From Thermoplasmata archaeon (GTDB lineage: Archaea > Thermoplasmatota > Thermoplasmata > Lutacidiplasmatales > SKW197), in NCBI GenBank assembly GCA_026414225.1, contig JAOAJK010000006.1:4005-68004 (forward strand): a stretch of 64,000 nucleotides of DNA, read 5' to 3'. How positions within the stretch are numbered: position 1 is the stretch's first letter; each line of letters starts with the position of its first letter. Shown here one piece after another: positions 18,701-25,467 of this stretch. The position numbers and the translations under genes are program-made. The notes beneath the pieces were generated by a model, which was not told the DNA's origin, did no database searches, and was given only the letters and a program-made list of their open reading frames with translations.

Positions 18701-20454
18701 AATTCTGGCTGAACAGGCAGGAGACCCTGGACTGGCGGGCGTGTTCAAACCTTGATGCGGACTTTGATGGTTTGAGCAACCAGGTCGAGGCGCTGCTCGG
18801 CACAAGTCCAAACGACGCGGATACCGATGACGACGGCTTGAGCGATGGTGACGAGGTCCAGGAACACGGGACCCTGCCAAAGCAATGGGATACGGACGGG
18901 GATGGGCTTCCAGACGGGCTGGAGGTTGGTGTAACAAGTTCAGTTGACGGCACCGCCCACTTCACGGCCGACGCGGACCCCACGACAACGACCGACCCGC
19001 TGAACAAGGATACGGACAGCGATGGGATTTACGATGGTGGAGAGGATGCAAACCATAACGGTAATGTGGACCTAAACAGTGCGTGCGAACCTATAGAAAC
19101 CTCACCGCTGGATGCCGACAGCGATGATGACGGATTGATAGACGGAGCGGAGTGCACCACCGGGACAAAGACCTTCCCGTTGAAACCTGATAGTGACGGA
19201 GACGGTCTACCGGATGGCCTGGAAGTAGGTTTGAGTTACGGTTCTGTAACCCTGGATACGGATTTGAGCAGTGGGAACTTCATTGGAGATGCGGATGAGG
19301 GCACGAGCTGGACAAAACCGAACGACGCAGACACTGATGACGACCAGATAAATGATGGCGTTGAGGACCGCAACCGCGATGGGGTTGTGAGCGAGAACGA
19401 GACCGACCCGAACGCACTGGATACGGATAAAGATGGATTAAGCGACAGCGAGGAAGATGCTGACAGGGATGGTATTGTGGATAATACGGAGACGGACCCG
19501 CGATGCAGGGACAGCGATACCGATGGTTTGTGGGATGGCACGGAAAGGGGGAGAATTGAGCAGGGCGGGATACCCAGAAACCGCCCGTCAACAGACCCTC
19601 TCTGCAATGATACGGACGGCGACAACCTCACGGATTACGCGGAGTTGAAGGGCTGGGACTACACGGTAATATGGCAGAAGACGAAGGAGAAGAAAGGGAC
19701 CTGGCACACCTACTCAATGCCAACAAAGAAGGACACGGACGGCGACGGGATGCCTGACTTTGACGAATTTCTAAACCACAGCGACCCGTGGCTTGCGGAT
19801 ACGGACGGCGACAGGATACTTGACCGCTATGAGAACGCGACCGAGCAGTGGCAGATTGAAGGCCGTGACCCGTGGATAAACGGGAGCATCGTTGCGAATG
19901 TGGTAACCGAAATCGCAAGCCAGAACTATATACCTGGCTTGAGGGTCTGGCTCACGGTTTCGTTCAAGGCTGAGGACAATGCGGGGCTGGGCACAATCAG
20001 GGTTACCCCGCAGGGTCTCACAACCAGCACAACGAACTGCAACGGTGCATTAAGTTACGAGTACAGCCATCGCTGGGAGGTCCCGATACTCTCGTGGAAC
20101 ACCTGGGTATCAGGTTACGATGTTTACATTACGATAGCGGACATCAACGGCAACGGGTGCAATGCCACCGCCCATGCGGACGGAGCGGCCCAAGGACTGG
20201 TAAATCTGGTTCTCACCGCAATTCAGTCATTTGTGGAAGAGGTCAAGTCGCTCGTGAGCGAGGCGATAAACTGGATATGGGAACAGATAAACGGGCTGAT
20301 GAACGGTGCGCTGGCACCGATTTATGAGGGCATAGACCTGTTTGTGAAAGGAAACTACCGTGAGCTGGCAGTGCTGTTTGTGAAGAAGGGCGGGCATCTG
20401 CTCGCGTACGGCACGGACCCGAAGGAGGCAATGGAGGCCTACATTAAGAAGTAA
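6706..20454 (+). CDS. Giant (4582 aa) secreted/surface protein with beta-helix region, MAM/lectin-like modules and >40 thrombospondin-type-3-like Ca-binding repeats
   Basis: One uninterrupted ORF. Signal peptide starts at the ATG at 6706 (MVRISLNSGRKTAIAGKLGALFSVFLLLATLFNLPATG). Parallel beta-helix-like NSTI/NSVI repeats, repeated W-x-IDDI-type modules, and DxDxDGxxDGxE repeats (e.g. DSDTDGDGLGDGFE, DTDGDGLPDGLE) that become very dense toward the C-terminus. The track's upstream extension to 6577 precedes the signal peptide and would overlap the TATA-like box. Confidence 0.85.
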   Translation: MVRISLNSGRKTAIAGKLGALFSVFLLLATLFNLPATGEEMRGGGPDGGVKSVEILEDTVFESAHHTLNTSLIVRSGATLEVRNSTIMFEAGNGTPEFLVEHGATLKIENSVITANQTRYRFKIDGALVCENSTIRGTSASGTCGGIVLNTNEAIIRNSTVGDTAIGLYLPGMGNRTLLVDDDHNESAEKFYFATLTNAGIGFDYWCVEKHGIPLHLKNYSAVVWFTGSGAGGTLNTTTVSLLSDYLNASGRLLLTGQGIGRDINSTYLYGGQIGAIYGGHGNGREVYGQGFLANFSGWINARYPLAHGYVIAPPGNAVLRYADGECAGVGVKSGYMVFYTEFSVDCLDHDRATSLISTVFDWFGFFALAPQVTLYQQDFENFSGAGWSFEDGTGNGTWGLSDYRAIGGRSLWCAGNASKDAESIALYEDFEEFGGATDFLPFNGVDAFNLSDRRTADGNYSLWCAASGSQWEDSGICVAFEDFAEFRLKAMDENRGSGLDYWGAVDGRAWCAAAGDEMVIMNLRARRYDNQMNAVMYLPVSIPYDFATLAFRIELGVCAGDYLEVGYVAGPKHIAVKKYDNDLTGVEKVFISKFADAVYFRFVSDASNAGTGAWIDDIEVRAYNYTTYLDTDFTQGLGSWKSYDADGRGGIDTWGVVKRGESYDAWCAAVGSQSNLFDTVYSQIFSDNFDYGLVNWRNNGTKTWTLGERNLSKPFSAHTSISDNTSIFPATALLETEVDATETRSQKFEFDLIFTSNSDRTIFFVEVFAGQEWKRVYERTEESKRWQHCTFVTAEPFTVIRCGLVGNGEASIDNFVLSGTRSIPNTAVTRYDSFMDASLEHEVDLAMWEQPQIRYTLFYNLSERDQLSFEVYTDGWETVKNYSGTLTLGPLTECHPLPENARAVRFRLVSDRAGEASGVYLKNIRIYGIKGVLNIEAKRADRGMETKFVVPVNLTGYSTAFLSFLLWLDLSPSQNFTVYLVNASATVVLADYTAPGGEWKKWVSQKFDLTEFAGQAITLAFVFMAKHYGELSEGVYVDAIKVAGTTEKLCKSNMHAVARFNIQLECERPWVAFSYLAEFAAGSGFRTLVDGNQVFETRNSTDGWCHTILSLEEFAHSYAEIAFEFFSATEVSSGVYIDNIHIGGIRPYQDGGIVIENVEIWAQACGMVIEDRNLTVSNLEISAATGLQLRNANLTAFYLRVNSVEIDADLEDSTLYAYDDNLNPVALRCDQDSRVYSNRSLTAEIDQTKQGMLPAGTDVFGNPLLFVRKNTTAVASHWYFTKNGTKLQWYAPYTLITSKSLLKIFRPPVVLPVITAEDIDEDGLYNVNEYSKNIVWVDASTFQNTEKVTDSLATVYGVNWTFKQTNVNNGVTPKSAQPGFPIVYSTMKAGAFNVEPGTYRVMFRARATDPLTDRIVLTVDTGTTKEIHNTTLRMDYQWYETLAFVVGAKGINDLNITGYSTRLLRPTSNYTLFEKLAFVRISDEKGNPTDVHHRRLTSPLIRDCDDDALSDAVEFPNFVNSSAYIEAEWLGAFTHDSNASNGLALQLSEGTRAELEISRLNFTETSFAGLIRVRARGNGTLNLSLESGWSEGVNLTQDYRWYEFTTNLRAGASLVFTCTVPENQGIADPIILVDRINIFDLTALTRTRADEGQAIPFNGTTTFSLTIPLGAALSHLSFNISSGPEKRVFPAKNRVESVAVSGDSLFWIEKDATIAYIKAYSFATACEITIAERDPSARNISASEMLVAWEESISGISHVCIAFNKARAAVHTYQGRMPHVDNDTVVFLPLRASFQIVKVDNGNLVDVVWTLDEGCGAVSFLTWNLRTPKIYGNRMLVAANNLAYDVLLLIEFSEFVLNFTGKKFFATKIGEGIFTNFEIWGERIVYSDGYAVRSLELSTGENRCIHASPSIVDYKLSRDVLVVGEIDGADYRMTAIDTVSGRTKQVDIIGSPASNLGFSDGLLCVYSEASHEIYCYASSVSVDVGCDGTQEREQNSFFISGNTGNLISSAGILSYTFATTLTVRVNAGTNATISGIYAAFTTFTDPFLKDTDFDNLSDGVEMNSYFAEGVIHLEDALEFSFTERAANAYLQFGVQLSANRDGGAKIVHPFDALRSGPYLIRSTERERITSICGECEEPELPEDPSRFVKVAILDASGEPKETNTSLGFSPLWNNETAYIVKARIECTVNLSAGRYWLEISVVAGTNLTVVLDGALTISTKGMDCLDSDTDGDGLGDGFEFEHRASPVASDPDRDGLEDGFEISEGTSALERDTDLDGLRDTIEADATAPVNVRMRSSYWERMLFFGSPFCYGGLGPMLEIRSQTSPTNPDSDFDGLPDGFVDGWQYSSDETGKYMAANWRRSGPCDGIIQVWEFEDLNLNGVYEPYGWWGDWGFLPPSFEFYHYIDNGILHIFGETDATRADTDGDACVDGYEVLYATKEPYDRYWEPRKAYGMLYLLNPVDSGDGARDVDIYEEEVVEETRANVKYQPEPPNPKPPEFINYRIDETYTERAVLVNYSHMLEIKTVKFSASSNSSRIRVELYSGTLGAGTLLDSRVVQVNPAMGNVSVSYTQIYLMEGYLVFKKVYDTDTEAFIGGMRAFTDCTEEQETLFAYKKSGSWHSLAAGGVYNFSLESSVFDYSVMRVNDTMPAWAVLIENPEQRTISSLSVLLSPEDARTGNFVIEIREYTDDVSIANSTLVCKRKSVLNEMGWYRIDITDTVLPAFYVVLRYGGERFCWLTNIDYKPRHAVLITPEEREFRFDLNPCIKLYTYSGSGNLGNARHGDGVNNTIEGLTYTNPLSENTDAFCSGSILYTDELRDMDELESVVFRTNAFQGAMGAANYRHGTWIEFRAKAQNGVAVKRYMYAWLMSDVHYIDMHNSPLTSSDNFKLYSLTDGSCFYRSADGREIYLWVPGLPPEVNESYTGICHVFALDATTTPTLSTDWKPNPAYRDQELYISSPFDIDSDDDGFRDGVEIFWNLDVEPPNPYGITDMLADVWDIDSDNDGINDAFEVTPTNDCDTDGKPNMVDADSDSDGLIDGREDLWNLDTDNDGLQNMIDAESDGDGLVDGVEMNPYLAAENLRLTFDYAIYVDGQKVEPNKIFAIDFSGNNVYVGYYSDGNSKIAAGKFERYAKNQYLQTIQISIGSKFAVNASGAIITAVSGNLVAYTKTQTGSYAEKVVVKNLPAVVALAVNFTHALFVTPNPGGKVYAVNTGRENQELGDAAEISDLTWDAIAANENGCWLAGKERILMPDGTRVDTENTEKKGICALRDGSVVWAEATRVHIVQPPYSKFYPKLNVYQQLLDKSVKLLKSDARDNLFVLTDSEFFMLKFAKTDMLRADTDADGLWDGYNVAPYTGELPARNCEATVLQTSTPKYASYLENVKIPLPPYVRADVPFTDPTEKDSDGDGLDDAAETEGWNIQVRDCAIVVSGFLNPLETEVIPKSRPFCTFNAKGIPEIISPVEPVYTVGVNSNPLYTDTDCDGLSDGQEYQFTNPLDADTDNDGLTDGFEVGEDGILGEEETSPVARDTDGDGLPDGWLEVATDNTLANEWGFSAVAPLWKGKVNYGEGNWDVLFFSVGPNDGRWASGKEVGECVGVWKFEEGKYGMGCFVAITEPLEPDTDDDGVEDGTEFLYLLRLRGTPYWDSRFKRGENPWEYSAASSFQLDLRTYDSDSDGLSDGEENWVVVKDARTLRYLKNTLLDVDAVKRIHIETDPTDPDCDADGLLDGQEFEWRSNPDYNPNLLGCWDDINAWDSDVNDNANQNNGGLQTEEVYKGAIVTENNGTVKITVNKEIVAYSTVYVVLYYSTGADEEVQITTGAMTHAGKNIWITKPGDFREPVRATVRYYTPAINQIYGDYAETYCVFRTNARFDEGAKRLIYTSNSWVVVPLFSANGGNPLLTDNTRGNFTFSEVLSAMPDGARALEVFYGGASAPVLAPDGAKVYMLVIKDTQPARATYLYYYLYIEYVSGTTTKYLNFTRTGTTTDWATAHSKKEFWLNRQETLDWRACSNLDADFDGLSNQVEALLGTSPNDADTDDDGLSDGDEVQEHGTLPKQWDTDGDGLPDGLEVGVTSSVDGTAHFTADADPTTTTDPLNKDTDSDGIYDGGEDANHNGNVDLNSACEPIETSPLDADSDDDGLIDGAECTTGTKTFPLKPDSDGDGLPDGLEVGLSYGSVTLDTDLSSGNFIGDADEGTSWTKPNDADTDDDQINDGVEDRNRDGVVSENETDPNALDTDKDGLSDSEEDADRDGIVDNTETDPRCRDSDTDGLWDGTERGRIEQGGIPRNRPSTDPLCNDTDGDNLTDYAELKGWDYTVIWQKTKEKKGTWHTYSMPTKKDTDGDGMPDFDEFLNHSDPWLADTDGDRILDRYENATEQWQIEGRDPWINGSIVANVVTEIASQNYIPGLRVWLTVSFKAEDNAGLGTIRVTPQGLTTSTTNCNGALSYEYSHRWEVPILSWNTWVSGYDVYITIADINGNGCNATAHADGAAQGLVNLVLTAIQSFVEEVKSLVSEAINWIWEQINGLMNGALAPIYEGIDLFVKGNYRELAVLFVKKGGHLLAYGTDPKEAMEAYIKK
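15590..15930 (+). repeat. Internal cluster of TSP3-like D-x-D-x-D-G repeats (coding)
   Basis: DIDSDDDGFRDGVE, DIDSDNDGINDAFE, DCDTDGKPNMVDADSDSDGLIDGRED, DTDNDGLQNMIDAESDGDGLVDGVE. The DNA shows recurring gay-acg-gac-ggn-gat-ggn units. Confidence 0.7.
18750..19850 (+). repeat. Dense C-terminal array of about 20 TSP3-like Ca-binding repeats (coding)
   Basis: A nearly contiguous run of DxDxDGxxDGxE units (DADFDGLSNQVE, DADTDDDGLSDGDE, DTDGDGLPDGLE, DTDSDGIYDGGE, DADSDDDGLIDGAE, DSDGDGLPDGLE … DTDGDRILDRYE). Confidence 0.75.
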
Positions 20455-20616
20455 GTGTCTAGTGCTCTGAAATATATCAGTGAGCCAGATCGAAACAAGG
20501 TAATGCAAATCAACTGTCTATAAAATTGCGGGAAGTGCAGTATTCCAGATACAGTTGAAAGTGCAGGATTTTCCTCCCTTACTTAATCTGGGGGGAACTC
20601 TTACCCCTATTCACCA

Positions 20617-20628
20617 AATTTTTATAAC
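20617..20628 (+). promoter_or_regulatory. TATA-like box (AAATTTTTATAA) upstream of korD
   Basis: Sits in the 205-bp intergenic region about 35 nt upstream of the korD ATG. A GAGGCGGTG SD-like stretch lies just before the ATG. Confidence 0.35.
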
Positions 20629-20659
20629 ACTATGTGTTCTGCCAAAATGAGGCGGTGCA

Positions 20660-20893
20660 ATGCATCCCGAAATCAACCCCGATTACTGCAAGGGCTGTCA
20701 TCTGTGCGTTCATGTGTGCCCTAAAAAGGTTTATTCCAAAAGCGAAAAAATTTCAAAGAGAGGTGCGGTGCTCCCCGCAGTCGACCATCCAGAACAATGC
20801 GTGAATGCAAAAAAGAGCACGGGCGAGAAACTTTCATGCGAACTTTGCGTTCTTTCCTGCCCTGATCAGGCGATAAAGCTTGTGGGGGAATAA
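20660..20893 (+). CDS. korD: 2-oxoacid:ferredoxin oxidoreductase delta subunit (2x[4Fe-4S] ferredoxin)
   Basis: Two CxxCxxC…CP clusters (CKGCHLCVHVCP and CELCVLSCP). Immediately precedes korA and korB. Confidence 0.8.
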   Translation: MHPEINPDYCKGCHLCVHVCPKKVYSKSEKISKRGAVLPAVDHPEQCVNAKKSTGEKLSCELCVLSCPDQAIKLVGE

Positions 20894-20894
20894 T

Positions 20895-21998
20895 ATGCGG
20901 GAATTTTTGCTCGGAAATGAAGCATGCGTCCGCGGCGCAATTCATGCGGGTTGCAGGTTCTATGCCGGCTATCCCATCACACCCTCCACAGAAATTGCGG
21001 AGGCAATGGCAAGGGAGCTTCCGAAAGCGGGGGGAACTTTCATCCAGATGGAGGACGAAATTGCAAGTATCTCCGCATGCATCGGAGCATCATGGACTGG
21101 CCTGAAGGTGATGAGTGCAACCTCCGGCCCGGGCTTCAGTTTGATGCAGGAAGGCATCGGTTATGCCGCAATGACAGAAACCCCCATTGTTATCGTGAAT
21201 TGCATGAGGGGCGGCCCATCTACGGGGCAGCCCACAAAGCCAGCCCAGGGCGATGTAATCCAGGCAAAGCACGGAAGCCATGGGGATTATGAAATTATTG
21301 CATTGTCTCCTTCCTCGGTTCAGGAAATGCTTGATTTGACAGTCGAGGCATTCAACCTTGCAGAGCAGTATCGCACACCCGTGATTCTGCTTGCCGATGG
21401 TGAAATCGCGCACATGCGTGAACCGGTAACGATAAATGAGGGCATGCACATTCTACAGAGAAAGATGGCTAAGCCAGGCATCATCAAGGAGGTATGGAAG
21501 CCAGAGGATGACGGAATAGTGCCTTTCCCTGTTTTTGGCAGGGGCCACAGAGTTTACATTTCAGGCACGACCTCGGACATCTATGGCTATCCCTCGACGA
21601 TTAAACCAGAGGTGCATGCAGCTGTCGTACGGAGAATCTGTGATAAGATACGGAAGAATGCCCAGAAAATCTGGAAATATGAAGTTTTCAAACCTGAAGC
21701 CAGAAAGATAATCTTCGCGTACGGATTGCCTGCAAGGACCGCATTCGCGGTTGCAAAGGGCAATACCGATGTGGGCGTATTCCGCCCGATAACTCTCTGG
21801 CCCTTCCCGGATGGGCCCTTTGCAGACACAGTAAGGGGCAGGGAGGTCTATGTGCTTGAAATGAACTATGGAAAAATGATCGCAGAAGTGGAGCGGGTTG
21901 CATATAAAGCGGGGGCAAAAAAGGTCGAATTTCTGCCGAAACTCGGGGGCGAAATCCACAGCATAGAGGAAGTGGAAAAATTTGTGGGGGTGGGTTAG
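20895..21998 (+). CDS. korA: 2-oxoacid:ferredoxin oxidoreductase alpha subunit
   Basis: PorA/KorA-type N-terminus (FLLGNEACVRGAIHAGCRFYAGYPITPSTEI…). The first ATG follows the korD stop; the track's TTG at 20880 overlaps korD. Confidence 0.85.
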   Translation: MREFLLGNEACVRGAIHAGCRFYAGYPITPSTEIAEAMARELPKAGGTFIQMEDEIASISACIGASWTGLKVMSATSGPGFSLMQEGIGYAAMTETPIVIVNCMRGGPSTGQPTKPAQGDVIQAKHGSHGDYEIIALSPSSVQEMLDLTVEAFNLAEQYRTPVILLADGEIAHMREPVTINEGMHILQRKMAKPGIIKEVWKPEDDGIVPFPVFGRGHRVYISGTTSDIYGYPSTIKPEVHAAVVRRICDKIRKNAQKIWKYEVFKPEARKIIFAYGLPARTAFAVAKGNTDVGVFRPITLWPFPDGPFADTVRGREVYVLEMNYGKMIAEVERVAYKAGAKKVEFLPKLGGEIHSIEEVEKFVGVG

Positions 21999-22787
21999 AT
22001 GGAGATTGAAGAGTTCTTCCGCATGGACCGCTGGCCCAACAGTTACTGCCCGGGCTGCGGGAATGGTATCGTGATGAACTGCATGTACCGGGCGTTGCAG
22101 GATATTGTAAACCTTGACAAACTGGTGATGGTCGGAGGTATCGGCTGCTCTGCGAGAATTGATGGTTATGTGTTTTCCGACGCTATCCACACCACCCACG
22201 GGAGGGCAATTGGGTTTGCAACCGGGATAAAACTCGGTAATCCAGAGCTTGATGTGATTGTGATTGGAGGGGATGGTGATATCGGTGCAATTGGCGGAAA
22301 CCATTTGATCAATGCAGCACGGAGGAACATGGACCTGCTCGTGATTTGCGTGAATAACTGGATTTATGGTATGACTGGGGGCCAGATTTCGCCAGCATCT
22401 CCCCACGAATGCCTGAGCACCACAACACCTGCAGGTAACCCGGAATATGCATTTGAATTTGTAAAACTGGTTGCCGAGTGCGGTGCCAACTATGCGGTAA
22501 GGTGGAGTATCACCCATCCTGTTCAGCTGATAAAGGGAATCAGGACAGCATATCAAAAAAAAGGGTTCAGGTTTGTAGAGGTGCTTTCTCTCTGCCCAAC
22601 TGGCTTCGGGAGAAACAACAAGCTGAACGAGCCAGCAGAACTTTACAAATTTTTGAAGGAAAAAACTTACATAATGCGGGACGAGAACCGAATTGCGGTT
22701 AATCTGGATGGTAAATTTCCACTCGGGGAGTTTGCCAACAGAGATAGAGAAAGCTATATTGAAAGTTTGAAAAAAATAAGGGGGTAA
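21999..22787 (+). CDS. korB: 2-oxoacid:ferredoxin oxidoreductase beta subunit (TPP-binding)
   Basis: Cys ligands CPGCGNG…C and a TPP-binding motif (GGDGDIGAIGGNHLINAARRN). ATG directly abuts the korA stop. Confidence 0.85.
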   Translation: MEIEEFFRMDRWPNSYCPGCGNGIVMNCMYRALQDIVNLDKLVMVGGIGCSARIDGYVFSDAIHTTHGRAIGFATGIKLGNPELDVIVIGGDGDIGAIGGNHLINAARRNMDLLVICVNNWIYGMTGGQISPASPHECLSTTTPAGNPEYAFEFVKLVAECGANYAVRWSITHPVQLIKGIRTAYQKKGFRFVEVLSLCPTGFGRNNKLNEPAELYKFLKEKTYIMRDENRIAVNLDGKFPLGEFANRDRESYIESLKKIRG

Positions 22788-22791
22788 GAAA

Positions 22792-23889
22792 ATGGTAAAA
22801 CTACCAGAATATGTAGGTAAAGAAATATTCAGGAAGTATGGAATACCGGTGCCGGAAGGCAAAGTGTATCGCAGGGGCGACAAAATAGAATGGCAGACAT
22901 TTCCAGTGTGCGTGAAAGCCCAGGTGCTTGCAGGAAAGAGAGGGAAGGCGGGGGCGATAAAATTTGCCTCTACACCACAAGAGCTGGAACTTGCAGCTGC
23001 AGAAATAATGACGATGAAGGTTGGTGGATCACCAGTGACCGAGGTCCTCGTCGAGGAAAAGCTCAACATTCTGAAGGAGTATTATCTGAGCATAACGCTG
23101 GACAGGGACAATCGCTGCCCTGTGCTGCTTGCGAGTGCGAGCGGAGGCATGGATATAGAAGAGGTTCCGGATCCAGAGATCCATAAAATTAAGATCCCTC
23201 CATTCATAGGCGTCCAGCCATACATGCTGAGAGAAGTTGCCACTAAACTTGGTTTGGAGAAAGATATGGCAAAGGCGATAGGCAACATTATCCGTCAGAT
23301 GTATCAGATTTTTACCTGCGAAGATGCAGAACTCGTGGAAATAAATCCGCTCGTGGATGCAGGTGCCCGTCTGGTTGCTGCGGACGCAAAGGTGATAATA
23401 GAGGATGATGCCCTGTTCAGACATCCAGAATACAAGGGCGTGCCCCAGGAGTTCACAGAACTCGAGAAGAGGGCAAGGGAGAAGGACATATCGTTTATTC
23501 AGCTGGACGGAGACATAGGCATAATCGCTAACGGTGCGGGGCTCACAATGGCAACCCTCGATGCCATCACATACTACGGCGGAAAACCCGCGGTATTTCT
23601 TGACCTGGGGGGCACCGACGATGTGGAGAAGGTGAAGGAGGCGTTCAAGCTCGTGCTCGAGGTGAACCCGAAGGCGGTGCTGGTCAACATCTTCGGCGGC
23701 GTGACAAAGTGTGATACGGTGGCAAAGGGAATTGTTGAGGTTCTGGGAAAGAACCCCCAGATGCGGATCGCAGGGAGAATAAAGGGCTTTAACGAGGAGG
23801 AGGCAAGGCAGATATTTGCGAACGCAGGAATAAGGGGGGTACGGACCCTTGATGAAGCGGCAAGGTTTGTCTGCGAGGGGGGTGCTTAA
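22792..23889 (+). CDS. sucC: Succinyl-CoA synthetase beta subunit (ATP-grasp)
   Basis: ATP-grasp N-terminus ([19 protein letters not shown]…[18 protein letters not shown]) and a C-terminal CoA-ligase domain ([13 protein letters not shown]). Confidence 0.9.
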   Translation: MVKLPEYVGKEIFRKYGIPVPEGKVYRRGDKIEWQTFPVCVKAQVLAGKRGKAGAIKFASTPQELELAAAEIMTMKVGGSPVTEVLVEEKLNILKEYYLSITLDRDNRCPVLLASASGGMDIEEVPDPEIHKIKIPPFIGVQPYMLREVATKLGLEKDMAKAIGNIIRQMYQIFTCEDAELVEINPLVDAGARLVAADAKVIIEDDALFRHPEYKGVPQEFTELEKRAREKDISFIQLDGDIGIIANGAGLTMATLDAITYYGGKPAVFLDLGGTDDVEKVKEAFKLVLEVNPKAVLVNIFGGVTKCDTVAKGIVEVLGKNPQMRIAGRIKGFNEEEARQIFANAGIRGVRTLDEAARFVCEGGA

Positions 23890-23890
23890 A

Positions 23891-24754
23891 ATGAGCATCA
23901 TAGTGGATGAAAACACAAAGGTGCTGGTTCAGGGGATTACAGGCCATCAGGGAACATTCCACAGCCGTGCAATGCGGGCTTTCGGGACAAAGGTCGTGGG
24001 CGGCGTCACACCAGGAAAGGGTGGCACAGATGTGGAAGGAGTACCGGTGTTTAATACAGTAAAGGATTGTGTGGAAACCACGGGTGCCAACGCATCGGTG
24101 ATTTTTGTGCCTGCACCGTTTGCAAAGGATGCCTGCTACGAGGCGATAGATGCGGGCGTGAAGGTTCTCGTGGTGATTACCGAACACATTCCCTTCCACG
24201 ATACGATGGAGGTTGTGCATTACTGCAAGTACAAGGGAGTCACTTTGATTGGGCCCAACACACCAGGCATTACTTCCGTCGGGAAAACGAAGCTCGGAAT
24301 AATGCCCAACAATGTGTTTTTGAAGGGAGATACCGGTGTTGTTTCCAGGAGTGGGACACTCACCTACGAAATTGTGAACGCCCTCACCGAGCAGGGCATT
24401 GGCCAGACGACCTGTGTCGGTATCGGTGGAGACCCCGTGAACGGAATGAACTTCGTGGAAATTCTGGAGCTGTTTGAGAAGGACCCGGAAACCAAGCGAA
24501 TTGTGCTGGTGGGTGAAATCGGTGGAATGGCTGAGGAGATCGCTGCGGACTACATCAAGAACCATGTGACCAAGCCCGTTTATGCTTACATCGCGGGAAG
24601 GTCTGCACCCCCAGGCAAGAGAATGGGGCATGCGGGCGCGATAATCCAGAGGGGCAGGGGCACCGCAGAGTCAAAGGTGAGGACACTCGAGGCGGCTGGA
24701 GTTAAAGTAGCAAAGATTCCCGCAGATGTGGCTAAGCTGATGAAGGAAGGATGA
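23891..24754 (+). CDS. sucD: Succinyl-CoA synthetase alpha subunit
   Basis: [11 protein letters not shown] Rossmann start and a phospho-His loop ([17 protein letters not shown]). The internal ATG at 23891 was chosen, just after the sucC stop. Confidence 0.9.
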   Translation: MSIIVDENTKVLVQGITGHQGTFHSRAMRAFGTKVVGGVTPGKGGTDVEGVPVFNTVKDCVETTGANASVIFVPAPFAKDACYEAIDAGVKVLVVITEHIPFHDTMEVVHYCKYKGVTLIGPNTPGITSVGKTKLGIMPNNVFLKGDTGVVSRSGTLTYEIVNALTEQGIGQTTCVGIGGDPVNGMNFVEILELFEKDPETKRIVLVGEIGGMAEEIAADYIKNHVTKPVYAYIAGRSAPPGKRMGHAGAIIQRGRGTAESKVRTLEAAGVKVAKIPADVAKLMKEG

Positions 24755-24834
24755 GCTGAAGGAATCCGCAAATTACTGGCAAACCTTCTGAAAGCATAAA
24801 AACAATTTTATATCCATACCTTTTTCTCCACCAC

Positions 24835-25467
24835 ATGAGCCTCGTGGCATTCATGGTTCAGTACATTCTCTCAGTCATCATTGGTATCGGTTACTTCGGG
24901 ATCTTCGTGCTGATGGCCCTTGAGAGTGCGTGCATTCCGATCCCGTCAGAGGTTATTATGCCATTTGCTGGCTTTGCATCTTCTCCTTCGTATCCCGGTA
25001 GCAAGTTCGACCTATATCTTGTAAGTATGGCGGGTGCCCTCGGGAATCTTGCCGGCTCACTGGCGGCCTATTATTTTGGTTATTATGTGGGTAGGGCGGG
25101 CGTGCTCAGATACGGCAGGTATTTTTTGGTAACTGAAAAGCATTTAAGGAGCGCAGAGAACTGGTTTGAGAAGCATGGGGACAAGGCGGTTTTTATTGCC
25201 AGATTGCTACCAGTTATAAGGACATTCATCTCGCTTCCCGCAGGAATTGCAAGGATGAACATCTGGAAGTTTTCGGTGTATTCGTTTGTCGGCTCAATAC
25301 CCTGGTGTGTCGCCCTTGCCTACCTCGGTTACATTCTGGGTGAGAACTACACATTGATAATCGAATACGGTTCAATCCTCGACTATGTGATGATTGTCTG
25401 TATAGCGGTTCTCGGAGCTTACTTCCTCATTAGATTTTACAGGGAAAGGAAATCAGGAAAGGAATGA
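24835..25467 (+). CDS. DedA/SNARE-associated family membrane protein
   Basis: Typical DedA N-terminus (GYFGIFVLMALESACIPIPSEVIMPFAGF) and multiple TM helices. Confidence 0.75.
   Translation: MSLVAFMVQYILSVIIGIGYFGIFVLMALESACIPIPSEVIMPFAGFASSPSYPGSKFDLYLVSMAGALGNLAGSLAAYYFGYYVGRAGVLRYGRYFLVTEKHLRSAENWFEKHGDKAVFIARLLPVIRTFISLPAGIARMNIWKFSVYSFVGSIPWCVALAYLGYILGENYTLIIEYGSILDYVMIVCIAVLGAYFLIRFYRERKSGKE

Noticed and set aside
21561-24631. Long antisense ORFs opposite korB/sucC/sucD (502 aa, 295 aa and 280 aa on the minus strand)
   Set aside because: The plus-strand frames encode unmistakable KorB, SucC and SucD. The antisense products are Cys/His/Arg-rich nonsense with no motifs.
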